A stretch of DNA of 64,000 bases from a virus, in IMG/VR virus record IMGVR_UViG_3300033475_000019. The stretch is one strand, 5' to 3'. The first letter of the stretch is position 1. The number at the start of each line of letters is the position of its first letter. The notes under the pieces are model-generated. The model ran no database searches, was not told the DNA's origin, and saw only the letters and a program-made list of their open reading frames with translations. Shown piece after piece: positions 32,941 through 42,686 of this stretch. Position numbers and translations under genes: made by a program.

Positions 32941-34029
32941 ATGCCCATTTCACGAGCCGAGCTCTCCGAAGAGTTTTTCGACCGCACGTCGGCCATCCTG
33001 CTGCGCCAACCGGAGCCGCAGTACCTCTACGCGATGATGTTCAAGCGCGCCCTCGGCGTGTCTCTGAACATTCCGTCGATGATCGGCCGCACGCCGTACG
33101 AGATCGGCGGCCAAGGCGCGCCCTACACGCGCGCCGACGCGGATCGCCTGATGCTCTCGGCCGATCTCGGTGCCGAGCTGTTCGCCGCGAAGGCCAACTT
33201 CACCGGCGAGCCCGGCCACGTCATCAAGTTCAACCGGCCGCGCTTCACGGATTCGACCTACACCCAGGCGGCCCGTGAGATCGGCGTGAACCAGTCGATC
33301 TCGACCACGCCGCTGGTGGCCGGCAGCGAGCAAGCGCTCCTGCAGATCCGTCGCTACGCTGGCCCCTATGGCTCGACCGCGGTGCAGCCCTACGGCCTCG
33401 ACGCCTTCGACTCCACGATGGGCGTGCACGACCTGGCACAGTTCGTCGGCACCCACATGGGCCGCGACTACGACAAGACGCTCGACTCCTTCTGGGTGTC
33501 GCTGGCCGACAACGCCTCGACGACCGTCTACCCGTTGGGCATCACGGCCGACAACGACATCACCGCCAAGGGCATGGCGCCGTTCACGTACGAGCAGCAG
33601 TCTCGCGTCAGCAAGGCGCAGGACGAAGCAAACCTGCCCACGCTGCCCGACGGCCGCCGCATCATGGTGGTGACTCCGACGGGCAAGAAGCAGCTGAAGG
33701 ACGATCCGCAGTTCGCTCGCTACTGTGAGTTCCACAAGGAACTGAACCCCATGTTCCCCGGCTGGTTCGGTTCCACCGCCGAATACCACTACTTCATGAG
33801 CAATACGCTCACGAAGAGCTCGAACAGCTCGACGGTGCTGGTGCACAAGGCCCACGCCATCGCCCCGGGCGCGTTCCTGGGCGGCGTCGGCAAGAAGCCG
33901 GGCAACGTAGTCGCGGCGAGCGACGACAACTACGGCGAGACCGCGAAGGTCATCTGGCTGGCGTATCTCGCGCTCGGCCTCGCCGACAACCGCTTCGTGA
34001 CCAAGGTCGCCTACGGCGAGGACGTGTAA
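32941..34029 (+). CDS. major capsid protein
   Basis: 362 aa ORF after the scaffold-like gene and before connector genes; SD GAGGA. Size and position are typical. The family was not identified without a search. Confidence 0.65.
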   Translation: MPISRAELSEEFFDRTSAILLRQPEPQYLYAMMFKRALGVSLNIPSMIGRTPYEIGGQGAPYTRADADRLMLSADLGAELFAAKANFTGEPGHVIKFNRPRFTDSTYTQAAREIGVNQSISTTPLVAGSEQALLQIRRYAGPYGSTAVQPYGLDAFDSTMGVHDLAQFVGTHMGRDYDKTLDSFWVSLADNASTTVYPLGITADNDITAKGMAPFTYEQQSRVSKAQDEANLPTLPDGRRIMVVTPTGKKQLKDDPQFARYCEFHKELNPMFPGWFGSTAEYHYFMSNTLTKSSNSSTVLVHKAHAIAPGAFLGGVGKKPGNVVAASDDNYGETAKVIWLAYLALGLADNRFVTKVAYGEDV

Positions 34030-34454
34030 TGAGCTTCCCCCGACGCTACTTCACCATCAGCGGCGGCTCGGGCGATCTCACGGCCGCCCCCGTCGCTGGT
34101 ACGACCACGGCAGGCACCGCGATCCAGACGGCGAACATCGAGCCCGGCTCGTTGTCCTGCCTGTTCACGGTGCTGGCCGAAACCAACACGCTCACGCTCA
34201 CCGGCAAGTTCCAAGTCTCGGACGACAGCTCGACCTGGTACGACCTGGCGGGCGACGCTCAGAACCCCGCCAACGTCGTGATCGCCACCGGTACCGCCGG
34301 CGCCGACACCGCGGTGACGCGCGTGCTGCCCGTGCCGCCATCCGCGCTTTCGTGGAAGTGGGTGCGTGCTGCAGTCGTGAACGGCGTGGCTACGGGAGCT
34401 TCGGGCGACACCTACGCCTTCAGCTTCCGCTGCACCCGCTACTCTGGCTTCTGA
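34029..34454 (+). CDS. small beta-rich protein (decoration/accessory candidate)
   Basis: 141 aa; TAATG coupling to the capsid gene. Confidence 0.55.
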   Translation: MSFPRRYFTISGGSGDLTAAPVAGTTTAGTAIQTANIEPGSLSCLFTVLAETNTLTLTGKFQVSDDSSTWYDLAGDAQNPANVVIATGTAGADTAVTRVLPVPPSALSWKWVRAAVVNGVATGASGDTYAFSFRCTRYSGF

Positions 34455-34469
34455 TGAAGGGAGGCCCTG

Positions 34470-35072
34470 ATGGCCCTCTCAACATCGGAGCTGCAGAGAA
34501 TCAAAGCCGAGCTCGGCTGGAACGTCCTCAACACGGGCGCCGAGCCGTTCATCGGCGTGGCGATGGTGTTCGAGCAGGTGATCGCCGTCTACATGACGGC
34601 GGGCGCCGAGACGACCTCCGCCACGTCGGTACCGGACACGACCGAGCCCAAGCAGCGAACCATCACGCTCACGAGCGCGACGGGCTTTGCTGCGGGCAAC
34701 CGCATCTGGGTCGACGTCGACGATCGGCTCGAGTCGACGACGATCCAGTCGCTCTCGGGTGCCAATGCCACGGTGGTGCTCTCGAAGCCCCACTCGGGCA
34801 CGTACCCGGTGTACGTCGACGGCGGCGAAGCCATCGTCCGCGAGCTCCTGGCGCGCATCAAGGCGACCAAGGACGAGCTAGCCAACATCTTCGGTGAGGG
34901 CGCGCTCAAGCAAGTGGACGAGATCGCGTTCTACCAAACGGGCATGACGCTGTTTGGTTCGACCGCCAAAGCGCTGATGTTTTGGCGCGACGAGCTCGCT
35001 TCCGCGATCGGTGACGTCAGCCTCAACCGCTGGCGTCGGCGTGGTGGCGGCGGGTCGATGTCGGTGTACTGA
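34470..35072 (+). CDS. head-completion/connector-region protein
   Basis: 200 aa; SD GGGAGG. Confidence 0.55.
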   Translation: MALSTSELQRIKAELGWNVLNTGAEPFIGVAMVFEQVIAVYMTAGAETTSATSVPDTTEPKQRTITLTSATGFAAGNRIWVDVDDRLESTTIQSLSGANATVVLSKPHSGTYPVYVDGGEAIVRELLARIKATKDELANIFGEGALKQVDEIAFYQTGMTLFGSTAKALMFWRDELASAIGDVSLNRWRRRGGGGSMSVY

Positions 35073-35332
35073 TGGGCGCCCCCAAGCTCAGCGAAGTAAC
35101 GCAGGTCAGACCTCCTGTACCCGACGTGATCGCGGCGCTTGAGGAACTGCTCGAACAGGCGAGGGCCGGCGAGATCATCTCGGTAGGCATCGCCTACGAA
35201 ATGTCGGCGGGATACTCGGGGCACAAGGCGGTGTTTGGGCCATGGGCAAACCGCCCGCTATTGGTCGGAAAGCTCGCGGTGCTCCAGCAGCACATCGTCC
35301 TGAGCGACTGCCTTGAGTGGAAGCCGGACTGA
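35072..35332 (+). CDS. hypothetical protein
   Basis: 86 aa; TGATG coupling. Confidence 0.5.
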   Translation: MGAPKLSEVTQVRPPVPDVIAALEELLEQARAGEIISVGIAYEMSAGYSGHKAVFGPWANRPLLVGKLAVLQQHIVLSDCLEWKPD

Positions 35333-35790
35333 TGAGCATTTCAGCCTCCCGCCGCGACCGCTACCGCCGGATCGCCAACCGCGTGCGGGCGATTCCGGGG
35401 AAGCATGGGCTTCGTGAGCACTCCGTTGAGGTCGTGATCGCCACCACTTCGGGCGCTCGAACCGGAGACGGTACTCGCAGCGAGAACGCGCACCAGATCC
35501 TGGAAAGCGGCTACCCACCGAAAGTGCGGTGGCTGAACAACCAGGACTTGGCGCTGGGCCAATTGCCCATCGGCACAGTCGACATCGGGCCCATCACCCC
35601 GATCCACAGCTCGGGCGGCACTGCCATCGCGCTGGCCGACGGCAGCACATTGGCGATCGGCGACGTCGAGATCATCCGGATCTTCGGGCCGCAGCATCCA
35701 AACGGCGCTGACTACCGCAAGATCAGTATGCAAGTCGACCACGCGCTGCACTGGATGATACGCGCGATTCTGGTCGGGTCACAGGTCTGA
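35332..35790 (+). CDS. hypothetical head-tail region protein
   Basis: ATG 35332 (TGATG); 152 aa. Confidence 0.5.
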   Translation: MSISASRRDRYRRIANRVRAIPGKHGLREHSVEVVIATTSGARTGDGTRSENAHQILESGYPPKVRWLNNQDLALGQLPIGTVDIGPITPIHSSGGTAIALADGSTLAIGDVEIIRIFGPQHPNGADYRKISMQVDHALHWMIRAILVGSQV

Positions 35791-36569
35791 TGTCGCTCGA
35801 GTCGGACAGCCTCTACCAGCGCCTTGGTGGCCTGGAGCTGCCGGTATTTGGGCGCACAATCGGCCAGACCGGCCTTGCGTCACTCGACCCAAGCCGCGAC
35901 CTGCTGCTGGATCTCTTCACGGCTGCCATCAACTCCGAGTTGGGCGAGGCGTGGACCACTGCGCTCGGCAACATCGGAGGCCAGCGCGAGAATCTGGGAC
36001 AGACTCCTGTCTCGGACACCTTTGCCGACGAGCCGACTGAACAGAATCTGCGTCAGCGCAAAGGCAAGTGGCCGCTCTTGGCTATCCACCGCGCTGGCAA
36101 TGCCACCTACGAATCGTTCACGTTCGAGATCACGCGCTGCGTGCAGCCATGGGCGCTGCACTACATCCTCGGTCCGCTCGACATCATCGACGCGCGCCAG
36201 CTGAAGGACATTTGCGTCGCTGTCTCCAAGATCGTGGCGCTGGTGATCCGACGCCGCGGGCACGCGAGCTTTCAAGGCGGAGCGCTGCAGTTCTTCGGCG
36301 CGGGATCGCCTGACCAACCCTCACCGCTCACCAGCCTTCGCCTCATCTCGCACGAGGGGCCTGGGCAGGCTGTTTTCGGTGGAGCTGAGAGCACCTTGCT
36401 CTTCTGGGCCATCGAGATGCGTCTCGAGAGCACCGAGATCTCGAGCTACGTCGACGGCGCGCAAGGACCCGATCTCGACGGCCTGGACGTCACAGTCGGA
36501 GTCGGCAGCAACGAGATTTTGCCGGCAGTCATCATCGCGGCCAGCGACAGTGACGCCGCCAGCGGGTGA
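35790..36569 (+). CDS. hypothetical head-tail region protein
   Basis: 259 aa; TGATG coupling. Confidence 0.55.
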   Translation: MSLESDSLYQRLGGLELPVFGRTIGQTGLASLDPSRDLLLDLFTAAINSELGEAWTTALGNIGGQRENLGQTPVSDTFADEPTEQNLRQRKGKWPLLAIHRAGNATYESFTFEITRCVQPWALHYILGPLDIIDARQLKDICVAVSKIVALVIRRRGHASFQGGALQFFGAGSPDQPSPLTSLRLISHEGPGQAVFGGAESTLLFWAIEMRLESTEISSYVDGAQGPDLDGLDVTVGVGSNEILPAVIIAASDSDAASG

Positions 36570-36572
36570 CCC

Positions 36573-37034
36573 GTGTCGGCAATCATCAGCCAGCAGACGC
36601 TCAACAGCCTGCGATCTGCACACAAGCGTGTGATCGCGCAGACGAAGTCTGCTGTGGCGGCAGCCACCGCAGAGGCGGGCCGTCGCGCTGTCGACTACGC
36701 GCGTCAGCACCCGCGCTTCACCCCACGTAGCGGCAACCTCCAGCGCAAGACGGGCTGGCGCACGGTTCAAACGGCAAACGGCCGGATCCTGCAACTGCGC
36801 AACACCGCGAAGTACGCCGCAGCGATCGACCAGGGCGCGCGCCCACACGACATCACGGCGAAGCGTAAGCCGTTCCTGGTGTTCCTGGGCAAGCGCGGCT
36901 GGGTGCGAACCAAGCGCGTCAAGCACCCCGGCAACCGCCCCTACCGCTTCCTCTACGGCGCATCGCTCGTAGCTGGTCGGCTGATGCAAGAGCACCTGAC
37001 CGCCAGCATGAAGCGCATCGCGCGCAGCTTCTGA
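36573..37034 (+). CDS. HK97-gp10-like head-tail joining protein
   Basis: 153 aa. RSGNLQRKTGW...AKYAAAIDQGARPH...KPFLVF matches my memory of the gp10 family pattern. Confidence 0.55.
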   Translation: MSAIISQQTLNSLRSAHKRVIAQTKSAVAAATAEAGRRAVDYARQHPRFTPRSGNLQRKTGWRTVQTANGRILQLRNTAKYAAAIDQGARPHDITAKRKPFLVFLGKRGWVRTKRVKHPGNRPYRFLYGASLVAGRLMQEHLTASMKRIARSF

Positions 37035-37046
37035 TCCGGAGAATCC

Positions 37047-37382
37047 ATGCAGCTCAAGTTCTACGCACGCGAGGATGCGCTCGTGCGCGAGGCCGGCGTC
37101 CATCCGCGGATCGGCGAGGCCACCCGCTATTACGGGCGCTCGTTCGATACCGCGACGCGCGGCTACCCCGCCGACAAGGAGCCTTTCGTCGTCGAATCCG
37201 ACACCGAAGACGGCGACAAGTGCGCCAAGCAATGCCGCCAGAAGCGCGCGTTGTGGGCTGCTGACGAAAAGACCGCCGCGGCGATCGGTGTGCCGTTCGT
37301 CCCGGTCGAGTGGAAAGACGGCGCCGTCGTTGCCAAGGCCGCGCCCAAGAAAGCCGAAGCCAGCGGAAAGGGCGATAGCTGA
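37047..37382 (+). CDS. hypothetical protein
   Basis: 111 aa; SD GGAG. Confidence 0.5.
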   Translation: MQLKFYAREDALVREAGVHPRIGEATRYYGRSFDTATRGYPADKEPFVVESDTEDGDKCAKQCRQKRALWAADEKTAAAIGVPFVPVEWKDGAVVAKAAPKKAEASGKGDS

Positions 37383-38923
37383 TGTCAGCTCTGATTCCGA
37401 TCACGGGTGTTGCGCTCGACTTCCGGGTCCCCGGCGCATTCGCCGAGATCCTTTTCGCGCAGGGCCCCGCCAGCGCCGCCGCGGGCGAGCGCCAAGTCGT
37501 GTTCGTGATGCCGATGCTCAGCACCGGAACGTGGACCGCCAACACCCTCTACGGTCCGATCACCGACTCCAAGGTTGCTGAAGACGGCGCGGGCGCGGGC
37601 TCGCCGCTGCACCGCGGCATCCGCAAGTTCCTGAAGCACAACAAGGACGCCAAGGTCTGGGCCGTTCCGGTTGCCGAGACCACGGGCGGTAGCCCTGTCG
37701 CCGGCACTATGACCATCACGTGGGCGACGGCTCCGACTGGTACCGGCACCACGACCGTCACCGTGTGCGGTGAAGACGTCTCTTACTCGTTCAAGAGCAC
37801 GGACACCGTCACCACCATTTCGACGGCGATCCGCGACGCCATCAACGCCAAGTCGTGGCTACCAGTCACGGCCAGCATTTCCGCTGGCGTGCTCACGCTC
37901 ACGGCCAAGCTCAAAGGCATCAGCCAGGGCACAGCGTCGCTCGGCGTGATCCGTGTTCGGGGCTCCATTTCGAGCGGCGTCGCCACCACGATCGCGCTCT
38001 CCGGAGCGTTCGTCGGAACGACCGTGGCCGGCGCGGAGGGCTCCACCACCGAGGCCACGCAGCTGTCGACGGCGCTCGCCACGCTCGATGCGGTGCGCAA
38101 GTACTACATCGTCTCGAGCGCCAACGACGCGACCAGCCTCGGCAACCTCAAGACGCACATCGTCAACAAGAGCGAGCCGCGCCGCGGCCTGCGCTCTCGC
38201 GGAATCACCGCCTACACGGGCACGGGCGCGAACGGCGCGACGATCGCTACCGGACGCAACTACGAGCGCCTGCACATGTTCTGGCAGGAGAACAGCGACC
38301 ACGACTGCGCCGAGATCGCCGCGGCCATGGCGGCCATCATCCAAAAGGCGGAGCAGGTCGACTGCACGGTGAACCTGGCAGGCTACCGGCTCAGCGACAT
38401 CATCAGCCCCTGCTACGACGCCGCGGATCGCCCGACCGACACCGAGCAGAACGACGCCATCAACGACGGGCTGGCACCGATCGGCACCGACGAACTCGGC
38501 GCATACCTGGTGATGCACGTCAACACCCGCAGCAAGAACAGCGCGGGCACGCAGGATGACTTTCGGGCGACCGAAGGCCATCGCGTGAGCGGCGCCGACC
38601 AGTTCGTGGACGACCTGCTGGTCAACTACTCGCTGAACTTCTCGCAGAAGAAGTTCAAACCCGACGACGTGCTCGCGGACGGGAAATTCAATCCCAACCA
38701 AGAGCAGATCGCCAATGTCGTCCGGCCGAGCACGCTCGTCCCGTTCATCAAGCGCAAGATGGACGACTACAACTCCCTCGGCCATCTGCAGGACGTCGAG
38801 GCTTCGAAGTCTTCGCTGCGCGTCCTGAAGAACGGCAGCCGCGCCGAGTGCGGCTTCGATCTCCACATCATCGACCACCTGCTCCAGGCGACGTTCCGCG
38901 TCGCTGAGGTTTCGACCGGCTGA
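37382..38923 (+). CDS. tail sheath protein
   Basis: 513 aa, followed by a 126-aa tube-sized ORF, a chaperone and the tape measure. The N-terminal text resembles Mu gpL-type sheaths. Confidence 0.75.
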   Translation: MSALIPITGVALDFRVPGAFAEILFAQGPASAAAGERQVVFVMPMLSTGTWTANTLYGPITDSKVAEDGAGAGSPLHRGIRKFLKHNKDAKVWAVPVAETTGGSPVAGTMTITWATAPTGTGTTTVTVCGEDVSYSFKSTDTVTTISTAIRDAINAKSWLPVTASISAGVLTLTAKLKGISQGTASLGVIRVRGSISSGVATTIALSGAFVGTTVAGAEGSTTEATQLSTALATLDAVRKYYIVSSANDATSLGNLKTHIVNKSEPRRGLRSRGITAYTGTGANGATIATGRNYERLHMFWQENSDHDCAEIAAAMAAIIQKAEQVDCTVNLAGYRLSDIISPCYDAADRPTDTEQNDAINDGLAPIGTDELGAYLVMHVNTRSKNSAGTQDDFRATEGHRVSGADQFVDDLLVNYSLNFSQKKFKPDDVLADGKFNPNQEQIANVVRPSTLVPFIKRKMDDYNSLGHLQDVEASKSSLRVLKNGSRAECGFDLHIIDHLLQATFRVAEVSTG

Positions 38924-38941
38924 GTGCCGGAAGGCTGAACG

Positions 38942-39322
38942 ATGACCGTCGCTCAACAAGACTACGCGGTACCCAAGCTCTTCATCAACGGCGCGCCGGC
39001 GATCCAAGTCGACTCGATCGGCTTCGTCACCGAGTCCGGCGTGCAGCCGGTTCACTTGCTCGGCGCTGGCATCGGTGGTTTCACCATCGGTTCCGGCCAA
39101 TGCACCATCGAGGTCGGCATCAAGATTCCGATCGGCGGGCAAGAGCACCCCTACCAGCAGATGTGCGCCAACGGCGAAGATGTCGAGCTGCAGCTCTTCT
39201 TCGGCCGTGATTCGTACAACGGCGTCGGCAAGTTCGGGAACGTGAACCTGAACGGCGCCGTCGACCAGGCTGCCTCGGGCACCATCAACTGGACTGGCCC
39301 GAAGAAACCGATGGAGTCCTAA
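38942..39322 (+). CDS. tail tube protein
   Basis: 126 aa directly after the sheath gene; SD GGAAGG. Confidence 0.7.
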   Translation: MTVAQQDYAVPKLFINGAPAIQVDSIGFVTESGVQPVHLLGAGIGGFTIGSGQCTIEVGIKIPIGGQEHPYQQMCANGEDVELQLFFGRDSYNGVGKFGNVNLNGAVDQAASGTINWTGPKKPMES

Positions 39323-39348
39323 CAGGGCTTCGCGTTCCGACCAGCAGT

Positions 39349-39380
39349 GCGCCCTACCGGGAGAGCGGGCGCGTTGCTTT
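39349..39380 (+). terminator. weak hairpin/attenuator after the tube gene
   Basis: GCGCCC (39349-39354) pairs with GGGCGC (39367-39372), followed by GTTGCTTT. The T-tract is poor. Confidence 0.25.
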
Positions 39381-39462
39381 CCAAACTGTACGAGGCCACG
39401 CGGCTCGTGCGCGAGCTCTCCCTCGCCACGGGCTTCGTGGCCTTTTGCGTTTGGGAGATCGC

Positions 39463-39642
39463 ATGCGACGTCATTCCGTTCTGGAGCGCTTCGGCGCATT
39501 TCGCCTGACCGTTGCGGGGCAACCCTGTGACCCACAGCCTGACGCGCGACTGCGAGTCGAACCGAGAACAGAGCCCACGCCGATCGAGCTACGCCCCGAT
39601 GGGCGCGTCGAGCTCGCGGCCGCGCAAGAGGCGCAGCGCTGA
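39463..39642 (+). CDS. small hypothetical protein
   Basis: 59 aa; its stop overlaps ATG 39642 (TGATG). Confidence 0.35.
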   Translation: MRRHSVLERFGAFRLTVAGQPCDPQPDARLRVEPRTEPTPIELRPDGRVELAAAQEAQR

Positions 39643-40466
39643 TGCCCGGCCCGCCCAAGGACGTCGAGCCCAGCGAGCTGTTCCAGCGCCTACTCGAGCG
39701 CCCGCGACCCGCTGAGGTGGTGCCGTTTCCAGGTCTCGACTGGGCCGGAAACCGTGGCGAGGTGCGCATCCAAGTGCTCGCCAAAGAGGAGCACGACCGC
39801 GCCCGTCTTGTGGCGCAGCACCTGGTCAAGAAGCAGGCGCAGAAGTACGGCCTTCCGCCGCTCACCGCGGCCGACATGAACGAAGAGGCGGTCAAAGGCG
39901 TGGTGGCAGATCTCGCGGCTTGCGAGGTACTGGCCATGGCCTGCACGCAGACCAAGCCGTTCGTCGGATCGAAGGATGTCGACGACAACCCGCAGGTTCG
40001 CTACCCGCGTGTGTGGCCCGATGGCGAAGCGGTCGGCAAGACGCTGAGCGCTGACGAAGTGGCGTTCCTGTTCGCTGCCTACACGATGGTGCAGCACAAG
40101 TTCGGCCCGCACGAAGCGCTGGTCGGCACGGAAGAAGAGATCAACGCCTGGGTGAAACGCCTGGCGCTGGGAGCTGCCGACTACCCTTTTTTACGTCTAA
40201 GCTCGCCTCAGTGGGTCGAGCTGCTGACGGGTTTCGCAACAAGGTTGCTCGACCTCTCTGGGATCCTGGAATCCCAGTGGGAGAGCTTGCCCGAGTCCTT
40301 GAAGTCCGACCTTCGGACGTTCTGTTTGGACACTGGCTCTGCCTCCGAGCAGCCCGAGAATGCGTTGCAGGCTGGTACTGAACTTCCTGGTCCGGGCCGA
40401 GAGATCTCGTTCGAAGAAGCCATGCGCGTCGCGAACGTGCTGAGCCCCAAGCCCACGCAAGAGTGA
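39642..40466 (+). CDS. tail assembly chaperone-position protein
   Basis: 274 aa between the tube and tape-measure genes. Confidence 0.5.
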   Translation: MPGPPKDVEPSELFQRLLERPRPAEVVPFPGLDWAGNRGEVRIQVLAKEEHDRARLVAQHLVKKQAQKYGLPPLTAADMNEEAVKGVVADLAACEVLAMACTQTKPFVGSKDVDDNPQVRYPRVWPDGEAVGKTLSADEVAFLFAAYTMVQHKFGPHEALVGTEEEINAWVKRLALGAADYPFLRLSSPQWVELLTGFATRLLDLSGILESQWESLPESLKSDLRTFCLDTGSASEQPENALQAGTELPGPGREISFEEAMRVANVLSPKPTQE

Positions 40467-40469
40467 CCT

Positions 40470-42683
40470 TTGGCGATCCTGACGTACGAGCTGCGCGCGG
40501 TCGGCGAGCAAGACATCGCGCGTGCACTCGCGTCGGTAGAGCGCCGCTTTGCGAGCCACGCCGTCAGGATCAACCGCGCGCTAGCAATCGGTGGCGGCTC
40601 GGTGCGCTCACGCGCTGCGGCAAACCCCGACACGGCTGGGCGCGCCATCGTCCGGCAGAACCTTTCGATCGTTAAGTCGTTCGACGACGGCCAGAAGCGA
40701 GTCTACGAGGCAACGAAGCGCTACGAGATGTCGTCCCACCGACAGTCGTTGCGCAATATCGAAGACCGTAAGAAAGAGGAAATCAAAGCCATCCGGGACA
40801 CCAACCGCGAGTGGGTGCGCGAGCAGAAGAACGCTCGGGCCTCCTTCTCGCGAGCGGTAACCGGCGGCGCCACCAAAGGCGTCGGTGCTCTCGCTGCAGT
40901 CGGCAAAGCGGGCCTCGCGACGCTAGGCGTGGGCGGCTCTGTCCTTGCGGCTTCTTCGGTGACGGAGGCGCTCAAGCTCGATGAGCTCACGCGGCGTTTA
41001 GTCGTCAACGCGCGCGGACCCGGCGAAGCCGGCAAGGATCCGGGCGCTCTCCGCAAGAAGATTGTCGGCGCTGGTCTCGAGACTGGAATTGCGCCGGAGC
41101 AGATCGCGCAGGGAGCGCTCGCGTTCGTAGGCAAAACGGGCGACCTCGACACTGCCGAGCAGAACCTCAAAAACTTCGCTCTGGTGGCTCAAGCCACCGG
41201 GTCGTCGGTGGAGGACGTTGCCAAGACAGCCGCGGCGCTAACGCAGAACTTCGACATCAAGAGCACGAAGGACATGGGCGACGCGCTCGCCGTGCTGGCC
41301 TTTCAGGGCAAGAAAGGTGCATTCGAGCTCAAGAACATGGCCGAGGAGTTTCCGGAGCTCGGCGGCGCAGCCCAGCGAATCGGTCTCAAAGGCGTGGGCG
41401 GCATGCGGACGCTCGGTGGCCTGGCTCAGATCGCTCAGCGCGGCACGGGTGGCGACGGCGCCAACGCGAGCACCAGTCTCCAGGCGATGTTCACGCAGCT
41501 CACCGCCAAGGCGGGCGAGTTGCATAGCGGCCAAGCGCTCGGCGGAAAGCGCGTCGATGTCTTCCAGGGTGGAGACCCGACCAAAGCTGGCCGCGACATT
41601 CCAACCGTGCTCGCGGAGATCATTTCCCGAAGCCACGGAAACCAAACCCAGCTGACGAAGCTGTTCGACATTCGCGGCATGAAGGCCGCAAGCCCACTCA
41701 TCAACGAGTATCACCGCGCAGCCGACGCGGCCAAGGGCACCGACAAGCAGAAAGAGAAGGCTGGCTACGATGCGATCATCGCAATGATCAAGGACGCGGC
41801 GGAAACGTCCGGCAAGTTCTCTGACGTCCAGAAGGACGCGGCGGACGTGCAGAAGTCGTCGAGCATCCAGCTCGAGACGGCCATCATGGAGCTGAAGCAG
41901 GCTTTCGCAGACGACCTGATGCCGGTGGTCAAGGACCTGATTCCGCATGTTCGCGAGCTTGGGCCGGTATTTCGCGTGGTTACGCAAGACCTCATCGGGC
42001 TTGCGAAGTTTCTGGCCGACAACCCGTTCGCGGGTCTTGCCGGCGTGATGGCCGCAGCCATCACAACGGAGCTCGCTAAAGCGCAGCTTGCGCAGCTCGT
42101 AAGCACCGGCGTGGTGACGCCGCTTGGAGCGCTTGGCCTGGCCGCGGCCGCACTCACGTCTTCGTTTCTGGCTGCCAAGTCCTACATCGACGGCAAGGTC
42201 GAGCAGGGAAAACAGCACGTCGAGGACGCCGCAAAGGGCGCAAAGAGCGTGAACGATCGGGCACAGGCGGAGCTCGACGCGACCGGCAAGATCTCCCCGG
42301 AGACGGCCAAGCAGCTCGCAGATCTCCAGGCGACACAGAACAAGACGCTCACCGCCGGCGATGCGGCAGCCAAAGAAGGTTACCTCGACTATGCGGGCCG
42401 CGCGCTGAATCAATTCTTGCCAGCGATGCCCACCACCGACGCGATGGGCCACTTCCACGCCGGCACCAAGAGCACCCACAACCTGGATGAGTGGGGAACG
42501 CTATCTCAGGTGGGCGGCAACAAGGCTTACAACGAGGAGGCTTCACGCACACGGTCGCTTCTGCAGCAGGCCGGGGGCGGTACAGAGCTCAAAGCCGCAG
42601 CCTCGGCGCTCCAGGATGCGGCCACCGCGCTCAAGGCCGCGGGACCAAACCGCGGCAATGCCCCCAGCCCCGTGAAGGGCTAA
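40470..42683 (+). CDS. tail tape measure protein
   Basis: 737 aa, Ala/Gly/Lys-rich helical protein with hydrophobic stretches. TTG start. Canonical position. Confidence 0.8.
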   Translation: MAILTYELRAVGEQDIARALASVERRFASHAVRINRALAIGGGSVRSRAAANPDTAGRAIVRQNLSIVKSFDDGQKRVYEATKRYEMSSHRQSLRNIEDRKKEEIKAIRDTNREWVREQKNARASFSRAVTGGATKGVGALAAVGKAGLATLGVGGSVLAASSVTEALKLDELTRRLVVNARGPGEAGKDPGALRKKIVGAGLETGIAPEQIAQGALAFVGKTGDLDTAEQNLKNFALVAQATGSSVEDVAKTAAALTQNFDIKSTKDMGDALAVLAFQGKKGAFELKNMAEEFPELGGAAQRIGLKGVGGMRTLGGLAQIAQRGTGGDGANASTSLQAMFTQLTAKAGELHSGQALGGKRVDVFQGGDPTKAGRDIPTVLAEIISRSHGNQTQLTKLFDIRGMKAASPLINEYHRAADAAKGTDKQKEKAGYDAIIAMIKDAAETSGKFSDVQKDAADVQKSSSIQLETAIMELKQAFADDLMPVVKDLIPHVRELGPVFRVVTQDLIGLAKFLADNPFAGLAGVMAAAITTELAKAQLAQLVSTGVVTPLGALGLAAAALTSSFLAAKSYIDGKVEQGKQHVEDAAKGAKSVNDRAQAELDATGKISPETAKQLADLQATQNKTLTAGDAAAKEGYLDYAGRALNQFLPAMPTTDAMGHFHAGTKSTHNLDEWGTLSQVGGNKAYNEEASRTRSLLQQAGGGTELKAAASALQDAATALKAAGPNRGNAPSPVKG

Positions 42684-42686
42684 GTC

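Noticed and set aside
37859-39988. 709-aa minus-strand ORF spanning sheath, tube and chaperone genes
   Set aside because: Arg/Ala-rich junk translation that crosses several well-supported plus-strand genes and an intergenic hairpin.
40187-40193. T TTT TTA slippery heptamer in the tail-chaperone-position gene (possible G/GT-type -1 frameshift)
   Set aside because: The -1 frame gives about 60 aa of Arg-rich junk. It stops near 40380, before the zero-frame stop at 40466, so it does not create the extended product typical of chaperone frameshifts. It is still worth a look by proteomics.
41238-42479. 413-aa minus-strand ORF inside the tape-measure gene
   Set aside because: Antisense artefact; low-complexity Arg/Leu/Gly text.
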